From: Eremomyces bilateralis CBS 781.70
Taxonomy: Eukaryota
Length of the DNA: 64,000 bases
NCBI GenBank assembly: GCA_010015585.1
Contig: ML975161.1
Direction: 5' to 3' (one strand)
Below the pieces are notes generated by a model. That model was not told the DNA's origin and did not search any database. It saw nothing but the letters and a program-made list of their open reading frames with translations. The position numbers and the translations under genes were made by a program. How positions within the stretch are numbered: the first letter of the stretch is position 1; the number at the start of each line of letters is the position of its first letter. Shown here in pieces: positions 12,390-24,526 of this stretch.

Positions 12390-13104
12390 GGTTGGGGAGC
12401 GACCAGGCTGGTTCGTGGCGGGTTCGTTAATGAGAATCGTCGCGTGGGTGACGCGAAGCGTTGGATTATGTATGCGCGCTGATCGTGGCGGGGGATATGT
12501 ACATGGCGCAATTCGAATGACGGGTTGAGATCACGATTGTAAGACTCCGGTAGGAAATAGCGAGAAGTGGGAGGGTATGAACTGGCTTATTGATAACTTT
12601 TCATCGGTGGCTGGGACGACCTAGGGATGTATGAGGGTCCAGTTCTGTTGATGCCGAGGAGGAACGGCTTTTGGTGGAGGCTGGTGACGGGACAAGGGGG
12701 GGACAAGGGGCGGGCAATTGCCGACAGGGGGACATGATCGACGGAGTAAACAGTCCGTAGTTGTGAAAGGAGATCTCTTAGTTACCATGCCTTCTTCATA
12801 TCTGGATTCTGGCATCTCCTGGTATTAATTCTTCTACCAATGGAGTTGTATTTCAACGGGATGAAATGGCGGGTTGGAATCCGTGGATGCGATATATCTC
12901 TTCATCGCCGCCAATGCTGCAGAGCCACGTGCATCGCATGGAGACATACAGCACTGCCACTACATAAGTACTTACTGGCAGCATTGCTTCTTCAATAAAC
13001 CACATTCATTGCTAGGCAGTATACGATTCATTGAGTTGCGGCTGACGTTTTGTGTCTCCTTCGTTGCCATCTCGTCGGTTTCCTTCCTTGTACCACATCC
13101 AACC

Positions 13105-14135
13105 ATGCGCCTTGTGACGCAGTCCGCGGCTGTTGATATTGAGTTCAAAGTTATCGAATACTTCGGCAATGACATTCCATGTTACGCTATCCTCTCACAC
13201 ACATGAGCCCAGAGGAGGTGACGTTCAAAGAGCTACGGAAAGGAACCGGCACGAGAAAAGACGGCTATCGAAAGATTAAATTCTGCGAAGCGCGAGCGAT
13301 TGGCCATGGATTAGAGTATTCCTGGGTCGATACCTGCTGCATCGATAAATCAAGCAGCGCGGAACTCTCGGAAGCTATTAACTCGATGTTTCGTTGGTAC
13401 CGGGATGCGGCGAAGTGTTATGTATACCTCTCCGATGTGAATGCACTCAGAGGTGAGGTAACCGACCAGTTGTCATGGGAGCCGGCCTTTCGCAAGAGTA
13501 GATGGTTCAAACGAGGCTGGACGCTTCAAGAGCTTCTTGCCCCGCGATCGGTAGAATTCTATTCGGTCGAGGGGACGCGACTGGGCGATAAAGAGTCGTT
13601 GCAGAGCCAGATTCATGAGATTACCGGAATCCCTATTCGAGTTCTTCAGGGATACCCACTGTCGATATACACCGTTGATGAGCGAATACTGTGGGCAAAA
13701 CACCGCGAGGTCCTGCGCGAAGAAGACGCAGCGTACTCTCTTCTCGGTCTTTTTGACATCCACATGCCTCTGATTTACGGTGAAGGGCGGCAGAAAGCCC
13801 TGCATCGGCTACATAAGGGGATCCACGAGATGCAAGGAAAGTCTAGCGGCTGTGACCTAGATGACGTACCACTGACAACCCCAGATCAAGAGAAAATAGA
13901 TCCCTGGCTATCTGAAGTCGCGCGGGTGATGTACGACTACGTGCCAGCTCTATCCGTCAAGAACATCTATTTATCGGCCAAGCAAGGGGACCTGGTAGCG
14001 ATTATTTCCAAGCTGGATCAGTCGGGGAATCCGGTGGATTGGTGGACTTGCAGAACGATCGAAGGTCGGAGGGGATGGTTACCGTACAACTATCTTCGAA
14101 TTCTCAACAAGCCCCCCGCTGCAGTAAAATCCTAG
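13105..14135 (+). pseudogene. HET-domain gene fused to a C-terminal Pex13-like SH3 domain; disrupted at codon 34
   Basis: MRLV...YAILSHT then TGA at 13204 plus a frame change; downstream frame has EEVTF, WVDTCCIDKSSSAELSEAINSMFRWY, WFKRGWTLQEL, YSLLGLFD..PLIYGEG; SH3 with MYDY..GDLVAI..DWW..GWLPYNYL. Confidence 0.85.
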
Positions 14136-14303
14136 CGGTAAGGATGGAACACTGAAAACGGGACCCCAGAATCTAAGCTGATCACAGTTGCACGACGGCT
14201 CCGAGGCTTCGGTAAGGTCAAGTCAACGATGTTCTTGGCTGCAGTACTAACTAACCTATCTCAAGAAAGTGCCCGGCTTATCCCAATAGCAGGCTGTCGA
14301 CTC

Positions 14304-14793
14304 TCACACGATCTCCTTCACTACCTCGCTCAACTGTGGCACCCATTGCACCTTATCCTTCGCATACACCTCCATGATCGGTGCCCTCGCATCTAACCAC
14401 TTCGCATCGTCGATCGTCCCCACCTTCACGAGGACAACCCCCGGAATCTTCTCCGCCTCGGAGAACAGATGGTGCCCGCACTCCGCGCAGAAGTTCACCG
14501 TGACGGTGCCCCCCGAGTCGCCTTTGCGCTGCCATTGCTTCGGGGTGCCGGCTAATTTGAACTGGGCCTGCGGGACGCCGAGGACGATGCTGTGGGTGCT
14601 GCCAGAGAGGCGGCGGCAGGGGAGGCAGTGGCATGCGGCCTGGTGGGGTTAGTGGTGATGGGAAAGGAAGGTGGGAAGAGGAGAGGAGTTTGGGGACACG
14701 CTTGGATGGAGGGGTACATACGGATTTCATGGCGGATTCATCTCCGTCGATTGTGTAGGTGACGTTCCTACATCCACAAGCTCCGGTAACCAT
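14304..14793 (-). CDS. GFA/CENP-V (Mss4-like) zinc protein, copy 1 (135 aa); intron 14640-14721
   Basis: GACGC, ACHCLPCRRLSG and NFCAECG motifs; spliced frame is intact. Confidence 0.9.
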
Positions 14794-15704
14794 CTTGGCG
14801 CGTTTGGAAGGGTAGAATATGGCTTTATAGAAGGTAAGCTGTCAAGAATGACGAATGAAAGGCCCCGAGCTTCTTAATGGGAGCTGGTATAATAATTGCT
14901 TTGGTATGATCTCGAACTCCAATCTGATCCTGGGGATGCGCTTCCCGATATAAATATTTCGTTTCTCGTGACCATTCTCCGCACCCTTAGCCTCCGCCCC
15001 GCTTTAATCGCCCGAAATCCTACGTAGTACGCATTCTCACCAGTTCGACGCGACGGCGAGTCCACCGCACGGTGGATAGGAGGAGATAGTCTGGTCAGCT
15101 AAGTCCGGTCGATCGGGTGCGTTACCGTTATCGCATTCGGGTGGTCGAATGCTCGAGTAGCCACAATTACCGGTAGACTGCCGACCCCGCTACTAGTGGC
15201 CGATACTGACTCGAAGTTTTTGGATATGGGAAATGTGGCGTTGTATAGTTATTCGTAATTCTCGACTCATGGACTTTGTAGGGAAAGAGAAATATCTTAA
15301 GGATGATGAGCGGAATTTTTGCAAGGCTACATCGTGACATGGTGTATCCATAGAGGAAGGGATTGAACGATGTTCCGTAGCATGGCGACGTATTCCTAAT
15401 TATCAATTACGGTGAGTGATCATTAATAAGGAAGTTGTAGAGTAGTGGAAGGCCTTGATTTTCATATACTCTTTTAAACAATCTGACGGCAGCTTGACCT
15501 CCGTTTTGGGCGGTTTGTGACACCGTTTTGGGGGTAATTTGGTTCCCAAATCTAGGACCCAAGTACTCAGGATCCCAAAACAAGGCACTCTATCTTGATT
15601 GGCCAGCCGTTTAACAAAACTCGTAGGGAGTTGACGAGTGCGTAGACTGTAATTAAAGGCAGAGGACTTAATGATAATGTGAGAAGTACAATGGCCCATG
15701 ATCT

Positions 15705-17431
15705 TCAAACGCAGTGGAATCCCTTACCAGCAGTTGAGTCCCCAATACCATCATATATCTGCTTCTTTGGATATGGGCACAGTGGGCGTTTGATGACGGG
15801 CGAAGTTGACACACTGGTGGCGGCCACTGTTTCTGGAGCAATTCCGTTCTCCACCCATTCTCTCAGGGCGTCAAATGTGGTGTCGGGATATGCGCCAGAG
15901 CCGCCAAAACAGTGACCTAAACCAGGTGCAAGAAATAGACGATAATAGTCCTGAACGTTGGGGTCGACAGCCGCAATCCGATCATAGTAATCCTCACTCT
16001 CACGTGTCGGTATGACACTGTCGGACTAATGAACAATAAATCAGCCTTGCCTCTTTTCGGTTCATAGGGAAACGTATCGTTCCATGACATCCAACGAGCT
16101 TACCACCTCTCTTACTAAAACTCTGAAAGGTCTGGATCTGCCGTGCCGATCATGGAGTCATATACTTGCTTAGAAGTATGTGCAATGCGACCGTACTCTT
16201 CGTGGGTAAGAAACCTTGTGGTCGCGGTTGGACTTCGCTGAATGAAGAGCTTGACCCAGTTTGTACCGAGCTCCAATTCATTGGGTGTGCAAGTTCTGTT
16301 GGAAGTGCACGTGGTAGAAGCGATTCCCCGTTGGATTGTTGAATCGGTCAATTGGGCGTCTTTGCCTACACCAAACCAAATACTCGAATTATCGACTCGT
16401 TTAGCGCCAGTCCACTGGTGCAAGTTAGCAATGAGAGTCACGGAATGCAACTGACAACAACAGAGAATGAAGAATCGGAGGGCCATTGGATATCCAAAAA
16501 GGGCAAAGACTTACAGCTCCTTGCACTATAGTCGCTGCTACGGCTGAAATGCGCCATTCGTGCCAAAATTGGTGCAGTTGATGACCTTGCCAACAAGACT
16601 TGTAGGGTCGAATGTGCAGGTCTCGGGGTTCGTAATGACTCCATCTATCACACCATCCTCTCCATCACAGGAGGCGATTGCAGCTCCAGTCAATGCCTCA
16701 ATTTCGCACGAAGGTGGATACTGGCCATGTAGATCCATAAGAAAAGCTGGCCATAGAAACGAGACGAAAAACTCGGCCCAATTGATTGCCGGTGCGCTAG
16801 CAGCAATACCATCATAGGCATCTGGGTAACGTTGGGCAAGCATTAGACCCTGGCGGCCGCCCTGAGAACAGCCACTGAAGTATGAATATGCAGGAAGCTG
16901 ACCATAGAAGGACTTCACGGTGCTTTTCGCTACGACGGAAACATCGTTGAGCGAGACAGACGCCAAGTTTTGGAGCAGATGGAGGTTGGGATTTCCTTCG
17001 CACAGGAGTCCCCAATTGGTGGGATCAACATCAGAACCTAAGCCTGCATCAGTCCCGACAGTCGCGTAGCCTTCGCCAACGGCCACTGCCATGCCGAATA
17101 ACCCAACATAATGAAGACCGGCCTGTCAACCAGCTCCTCCAATGGCTTGTGGTCTGCCATTCCAGGTGTCAGATGGCATCCAAACCTGGATGTAGATCGT
17201 GTCATTCACGCCAGGATGGGTGTACGAAGCGGTGACGTTGCAGAAGTCAACATTCTCCACATTGACGCCGCCATGATTGGCATAGAGCCCAATATGGACA
17301 TTATTTGTATAGTTTGACACGAAGTTGGCATCTAGAGACAAGAATTCTGCGCCAAAGAGAGTGGGATATGGTATCAAAGAGGCCGAGCACGCATCGGCCG
17401 AGATAGATCCGTTGAACAGCGACGGGATCAT
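15705..17431 (-). pseudogene. Tannase/feruloyl esterase pseudogene
   Basis: FCNVTASYTHPG, WNGR..IGGAG, GCSQGGRQG nucleophile motif, YDGIAASAPA, PGLGHC, RPLCPYPK; stop at 17126 (expected Trp), further stops and frameshifts at ~16540 and 16000-16120. Confidence 0.9.
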
Positions 17432-18344
17432 GACTACGTGCGTAGAGAACCAAGTAGATAATGACAGGTGTTCCCGGGTGATAGTTAAGGATGGAAAAGT
17501 GTGAGAACATTAAGACAGGCCAACCGCCAACCTGTGATGAACGGACACTATATATATTGGCATGTGCCATACCAGAGCATGATACCAGATTTATCTATCC
17601 ACTGAACCAGAAAACAAAATCTTGATCCTCGGCCTTATTTCCGCTAGCTGTGTTATTGAATTTGGTAGAGGAATGCATACGTCGTTGACGATGCTAATTT
17701 CCTCATGTTGGCCCAGGTTCCGCGTTAACTAGCTCTTCGTGTTCTACTATGTCCCCACTTGTCCGTATTAAAAGGGGTCTGATTCGTACCCTCTTTACGC
17801 CAAGCAGGAAAGGACCAATCAAAAGATCTTGTATCCTCATTTTGAATACGCGCATTTGAGAGCAAATATAATGATCTCCTCAGCGTGCATCCTCAACTGT
17901 TTGTTCCAGTGGGTCAAACTTTGAAGTATATTCCCTGAACTTTTTAAGCATGCCGGGCCTTTCTATTCAAATACCTTATCAAAGTGGAACTTGAGCATTT
18001 TATCGGTCGATACACGCGCGGTAAATCACAGTGAAAATGTAGGCCAGGGGAGAAGACGGTACATACATGTAGCGACCTAACTGTCGTAGACTAGGCCGTC
18101 AGCTATGGCCTAAGGCTATAGGCTCTATTAATAATCCTGCTATGAGCCTCGTATGTAAATTATATTAACTTAGGAGGACTAAGTTAGGGCAGGAGACCAC
18201 ATATAGACACAGAATTTGCTAGATGTCGAAAAATCATCTGACTTTCAACCATATTAAGTATATTCCAGTGCGACAATTGACTTCCCGACTCACCACACTT
18301 TGGAGTCCTTTCCACGTGCTCGACACCTCAGATCCAATGAAGTC

Positions 18345-18660
18345 CTAATGCCTACAGAGCCAAAGACACAGGCGCGGCGGTCACATAGAAAGTCACGGAA
18401 GTTGTTTAGGAGGGGTACAAACTCCGTCTTAGAGTTTGGACTAGGGCCAGGCCGAAGGCATCGTGTTGCTTTTACTCCTGAAGAGGATTCCCTGCTGGTA
18501 CGTCTGGTGCGGGAGTATGAAGAGGAATAGACCACGATCACGGAGGAAATCAGGCGTAGGGGTCCGGTTTAGCATCGCACCCTCCTTACGTTAAGGAATC
18601 GCTTCCGTCTGCCGGCCTCTCAAGGCGAAGCCGTCGCCGGATAGCATTCAGTAGTTCCGT
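18345..18660 (+). pseudogene. Myb/SANT-like domain remnant
   Basis: RVAFTPEEDSLLVRLVREYEEE*TTITEEI....HRTLLTLRNRF with TAG at the conserved Trp position and further TAG stops. Confidence 0.55.
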
Positions 18661-18722
18661 AACTTACACGAATCATCTCCCTTGCCAGTTCATAGTGTTT
18701 GAGATGTCACTAACATCCACAG

Positions 18723-18970
18723 ATTAGGGGCAAATAGATCCCTAGCCATTCAAGGTTACGCGGGGGATGTACGACTACGTGCCCCCTGCATCCGTCAAGA
18801 ATTTCGAGTTATCGGTCAAGAAAGGGGACCCTGGTGGCGATTATTTCGGAACTAGATCAGTCGGGAGCCCGAGGTGGTTGGTGGACTTGCAGAACGATCG
18901 ATGGTCAGATGGGATACTTTACCGTACATCTCCGCATTATTATCAAGGTTGCAGTAGAAGTAGAATCCTA
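18723..18970 (+). pseudogene. Degenerate second copy of the Pex13-like SH3 module
   Basis: Aligns by eye with 13885-14135 (MYDYVP..SVKN..LSVKKGD); TAG stops and frameshift. Confidence 0.85.
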
Positions 18971-19216
18971 GCGGCAGGGACTCGGCACTCGAGACGGGCC
19001 CCGGGTTTCCAAACACTGGTCAGAGTTGCATGACGGCCCCGAAGCGTCGGAGAGGTCAGATCGATGATTTTCTTGGCTGCAGTACTGACTAGTCTATTTC
19101 ACGATTAAAATCTCCTGGCTATTGCCATACCAGGCTGTCAAAGTTGAACGTGGAGTCTGACAACCTCCGAGCACTAAGGGCATCTCCTATCGCTTCCCAA
19201 ACCAGCGACTGTTCAC

Positions 19217-19707
19217 TCACACCACCTTTTTCACCACCTCGCTCAACTGCGGCACCCACTGCACCTTATCCTTCGCATACACCTCCATGAACGGTGCCCT
19301 CGCATCCAACCACTTCGCATCGTCGATAGACCCCGCCACCACGAGGACCAACCCCGGAATATTCTCCGCCTCGGAGAACAAATGGTGCCCGCACTCCGCG
19401 CAGAAGTTCACCGTGACGGTGCCCCCCGAGTCGCCTTTGCGCTGCCATTGCTTCGGGGTACCGGTGACTTTGAATTGGGCCTGCGGGATGCCTAGCATGG
19501 TGGTGTGCGTGCTGCCGGAGAGGCGGCGGCAGGATAGGCAGTGGCATGCGCCCTGGTGAGGTTATTGGTGATGGGAAAGGAAGGTGGAAAGAAGAGGTGG
19601 GGTTTGGGGATACGCTTGGATAGAGGGGGACATACGGGTTTCATGGCGGATTCATCTCCGTCGATTGTGTAGGTGACGTTCCTACATCCACAAGCTCCGG
19701 TAACCAT
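19217..19707 (-). CDS. GFA/CENP-V (Mss4-like) zinc protein, copy 2 (135 aa); intron 19553-19635
   Basis: Same motifs and exon lengths (72+336 nt) as copy 1; intact frame. Confidence 0.9.
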
Positions 19708-20915
19708 CTTGGCGCGTTTGGAAGGGTATAGTACGGCTTTATAGAAGGTAAGCTATCAAGGATGACGAATGAAAGGCTCCGGGATTTTCAATGGGAGCTC
19801 GTATAATAATTGCTTTAGTATGATCTCAAACTCCGATCTGTTCTGGGGCTGCAGTTCCTGATATAAATGCACAGTTTCCAGTGATCAGCATGCCATTCTC
19901 TGCACATCTCAGCCTCCGCCCCCCTTTTTAATCGCCCGAAATCTTATGCATTCTTACCAATTCGACGCGACGGCGAGTCCGCTCGCGGTGGATCGCAGGA
20001 GATACATGAACTCCATGAAGTTAAGTCCGGTCGATCGGGTGTTCAAGTGCTCGAGTAGCCACAATTATCGGGAGACAGTCAATCCCGCTGCTAGTGGCCG
20101 ATGCTAACTCGAACCTTGTGAAGATGGGAAATTCGGCATCGCGTATTCGTAAGTATCGACATATGAACTCTGAGGAAAGAGAAATGTCTTAAGGACGATG
20201 GTTGTAATTCTTGCCGGGCTGCATCGTGATACGGTGTAGAGGTAGGGATTGAACGATATTCCGTAGCGTGGTTAGTGTACACATTCCTAATTGTCAGCGA
20301 GGTTAAGTAATCACTAATCAGCAAATGACACGGTCTGGATGTGGAAGATCTGCGTCCTGACTCCTGAGATTACCAAGTTCCATTAACCTAAACTAAAGAG
20401 AGAGAGAAGGAAGAAATCTCCTGGCGCCTTCGTGCGCGAGAGAGCGACTCTCCCCTCTGCCACCCTATGATAATGCTGTGTCACCATGTTTGCTTTTCTG
20501 ATAATCCACATGCAATCCACCAGCCACATCTCTGTGGCAATCAGCTGCAACCCAGCTGCCCCCATGCCCATGACAGCAAGTTCTAATTAAGGCCTTGATT
20601 TTCATTATACTTGTTTAAGAAGAATAACCTCAGAAAGCATTATGAGAAGAAACGAATTAACGAAGTTACTTTCATACATATATCTTAGGTGCTTACTACA
20701 ATTCATACGACGTCAGCGGCGTTGGTGGGAGACATACAGCATGGCGTAGGAGGGCAAAATTCGGGAATCTTTATTGACATTGGAATTTGCACCATTTTCA
20801 ATCCTTTGTTACTATTAGAAATTAGAAGTGAACCTCTTGAATTGCCTAATAAGCGCAATATGTTAGAATCTTAGGATATCCCAACTTCATCCCCTATCAC
20901 GACCTGCTTGATTCT

Positions 20916-21609
20916 CTACACGAATGACCACACTGGTTCCCCAGTATACTCATGCGTCCCCAACCCCTCCAACTCCACACAATCCGTCCGATTAAATGCG
21001 TCCGTCACCGCATACACACTCGTGACCTCCCCGTCCCACGGATTCGGACACGCCGCGAACCCTCCGCGCTCCTGGCCCTCGATCTGGAACGTCCAGTACC
21101 CCGATGGCGGTGAGCAGAAGTAGAACGCCGACCGCGGACAGGGGATGGGGTCCTGGCATTCCGGCAGGGGCAGCGCGGTCCACTTCCAACCTTCGCCGTT
21201 CGCGTAGGAGCCCGGCGGGATGTAGTGGGAGTGTTGCACGGTGATCTTCACCAGGCCGGTAGGGTCGACGTACATCTCCTGGCCGCCAGGGACGATGGAG
21301 TACTGGATAGGGTGAGTATATTAGAACGGGGACTGTAGGGGAACTTACGGGACTAGTACCGGCCCAGGCCGTCTCGGTTCCATTGGGGCAGTTCGATGGC
21401 GGGTCGATGGGGCAGTAGTCCCCGGTCTGGACGGTGAAGAGGTTCAAAGCACCGCCATAGTTTGCCTTGAGTGCGTTATATTGGCGGTCGCCGGGCTTGT
21501 AGGACGTCCAAGTCGCGAGATTTGGGCGCTCGCTGATCGGACAGTCCTGGGCTAACGTAGCCGGAAGGACATGGGCGATAGCGAGAAAAATGTTAACGAT
21601 CGATCTCAT
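20916..21609 (-). CDS. Small secreted Cys-containing protein, fungal IgE-binding-protein-like; intron 21303-21348
   Basis: Signal peptide; YCP..CPNGTET, VPGGQEMYVDPTG, QHSH.IPPG and FAACP motifs. Confidence 0.8.
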
Positions 21610-22820
21610 CGTGACGGAAAGTAAAACGACGTGTTGTTTTGCTACAATCAAAATATTCTTGGATGACTTGACAGTGGATGTATGAAACCAAAAACTTTCA
21701 GAAGCGGAAACTTTAAGAAATGAGGAGCCCGGAATTATATATTAATTGTCTGGACATGCCGCCCTCCCAGGTATGCCCAGCGAACTCTCGAATTCTTTGC
21801 TGACAGCGAAGTAAACGGCTCAGCTTTGACGACTTTCGATCTCGTATTGTTTATTTCCCTCCGGTACTGGCGGGTCAATGATATTGGATTCTCGATGTAA
21901 CCTCTGCTCGGTAACGTCATCGAGTTACGATCATCCCTAGCAGTTCAGCTGCTCTGGTGGGCGGGCCGTGGAACGTCCATCCCGACATCGATCCGGTTGG
22001 CCTAAACAAATCTATGGAGAGCAGGCTGCTATCGAAATATTCGATTAAAGACCAATAGGAATAGAGCATGTTTTAATACACCTGGATGGTGCGCGGGACT
22101 AAGCAGACAAATAGATGTCACTTGCAACGGTTGAAACACGGAGATATTAGACCGAGACTTGGCGTTTGGTGGAGAACCATTTCTAAGTTTAGCTATGCGA
22201 TATTAGTGTCGATCCATTCCCCAACCACTGTCTCTGGAGCTCGAGAATGGAGCACCGTATGGTGGTGCAAATCATGAATTCGTATTCAATCTATTTACAA
22301 TAGTCGCACCATCGAAAACAATGCTGGGATTGTGGTTTGTTGCTATACACCGTTGTATGACGGCAACCTCCTCATTTCGTGCCACCTGCGTAGGTTTGCG
22401 GTAGCATTCGAATGACCCTGATCCGATGACCTGCATGCGGAGTTCGTGATTTTGATGTATCCAAATCGTCCCTTCGGGCATCCCACCATCGGTCGGGCGA
22501 AACTTTGGTATGAACCACTGCCGGAAACTCCGAAGTTGTCTCAAAGTCTCGAAGGGGTAGTCTTCCCACACACATGGTTAAACCGTAAAGCCAATAGAAA
22601 TCGACTTGCCCTCATCATAGTGAGTGTACAGTTGTTCCCCATCCATTTGCCACCGAAGTTGCTCGCTGTTTACTCCCATTTCCAAAGTCTCTCGGCCTCA
22701 AAGCAAGGAGCGGTGCTCCCGGTAGCCCGCTCGCTAATGCAACGACTAGTAATCAATACGCCGTGTCTCGTATTCCAAAATGAGAACTGTGCCAATACCC
22801 AAGTCGCTCACCTAACGACA

Positions 22821-23954
22821 TCATCGGTTTGCAAACCCGCCTCGTCCTCGGCCTCGTCCGAATCGTATATTTCGTGGAACAAATTTCAAGGAAGACATGG
22901 ACGTCGTGAGATCGGTCATGGCATCGTCTTTCACGTCATTATTATTGCCTTGATCAAAATCGTAGTCCTCGTTCATTTCATCCCCGTCAGCCTCGACCAC
23001 GTCGGTGTCGGACTCATCGTTGTCCACCGCGCCCTTCTGGTTATCGCCCTGAGATTTCCGTGGAGATTTCGCGTTTGAAACAGATTGACCAGGGAGAATT
23101 GCGCGTTTGCCTTCGTTCTTGGCTGCGACGACTCGTTGGGAACCCGAGGGTGAGGTTTTAGCTTGCTGTTCGCCCAACTTGCGTCGCGTTACCCATTCCG
23201 GCTGGAGCATAGAATGTCGTCGATCAATACCATCGTTGACGATGAAGAAGTCATAGTTCTAGGCCAGAGGTTAGAGAAATTCTCAGCGCAGAACCGCATA
23301 AACGCCTTGCTTACCCTTGGGTATTGATGCTTATCAATGCAATGCAACCTTCTCTTCCACCATGTCTCAACGACCTTGTCGCATCCCTCTACGAAACATT
23401 GATACTGCTCGACATATTAGCCTGTAACCATCACCCGGACAATCCTAGCCACCCACAATTGACTCCCCTCTCTCCTTCCGCGCCTGATTAATCGGGTTAT
23501 GATTCTCCGCAATATGTAACTCCAAATACCTATCGCTAGGAAGGTTCTTCATGCACTCCGCACACCGATGCCTGTGTGCCTGGGTGTAATGTAACTCATA
23601 CTCCTCGTACGTCTGGAAGGTGAGCGGTCGGTGTGGTGGCAGGAAACACTTCATTGCATGCTGTCGATTGGGAGCGGGCGACTCGGATCGCGATCGTGTG
23701 AGCTGGGAATATTTCGCGGTGTGCGAGTCGGAGAGCTGGGATAGGGCTGGGGAGACAGCTCGGAGCTCGATACGCGCGGATGCAGATCTCGGGGAGGAGG
23801 GCGGTGTAAGCGATCGGAATCTCTTGCGGCTCGAGGTTTGCGATGTCGGCATAGGCGCCGGAGTACCGTTCGGTCGGTTCTGATCTACCTTTGGCCCTCC
23901 CTTTACCATGCAGATTAACTGTTCAGGCTCGTCCTCGCGTCTAGGCGCGTGCAT
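22821..23954 (-). CDS. C2H2 zinc-finger protein (ZNF511-like); introns 23405-23456 and 23259-23314; start uncertain
   Basis: C..PPH..F..YE.HY..AH, CAEC..LELHIAENH, YQCFVEGC..LHCIDKH.YP.NYDF, and terminal SSLKFVPRNIRFGRG. Confidence 0.85.
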
Positions 23955-24277
23955 ATCGTCAAAACTTGGGAATATCGATTCGTGATGAGCAGGGAAGTCG
24001 GCTTAGTCAGCAGCCCACTTTCAACATCACTTCATCGATTCCCTTGAATGTTCACCGAAATACATCTGAGCTTGGAGTGAAATGTGTTGTGATTTCGTCT
24101 AGGAGCTAGTTGATTGAAGCTCGACCAGACTAGAAAATAAATACAGAGAGTAAATACCACTACCACTCGGCCTTACATGATGTCAGTGTCCCCCAAGTCC
24201 CTTTGAGCGGTTGTTTGACGGCCGGCTCAATCTGACTACTTCCCAGTCAACACCTTTCTTCAACACCTTTCCTCGTA

Positions 24278-24462
24278 CAAGACTGAGCTCTAAAGCTGCC
24301 CATCAAGCTGCCCAAACACTTCCGAACGCCACCCCATGATCCGATTGGCCGTTACAAGACTAAGCTCTGAATCTTCTCGTCAGGCTGTTCAAACCACTTT
24401 CGAACGCCACCTCATAGTTAGATTGAACTTGGCCCGAGACTAAGCTCTGAGACTGAGCTCTG
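24278..24462. repeat. Degenerate direct repeats upstream of the Poc4-like gene
   Basis: AGACTRAGCTCT x4; CACTTYCGAACGCCACC x2. Confidence 0.75.
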
Positions 24463-24526
24463 GAATCACAAGTGAGACTGCTCCAACAAAGATCCAGATC
24501 CTGGCAACTGACGAATGACTTGAGAT

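Larger units (their letters stand above)
18708..20620. repeat. Local direct segmental duplication of ~13870-15480 (SH3 module + GFA gene + upstream region)
   Basis: Colinear near-identical blocks, e.g. 14721-14850 vs 19635-19765, 15044 vs 19962, 15450 vs 20589. Confidence 0.93.

Noticed and set aside
18014..18028. 15-mer ACGCGCGGTAAATCA shared with the MITE interior (4874-4888)
   Set aside because: One 15-mer match is plausible by chance in 64 kb, and no TIRs are nearby
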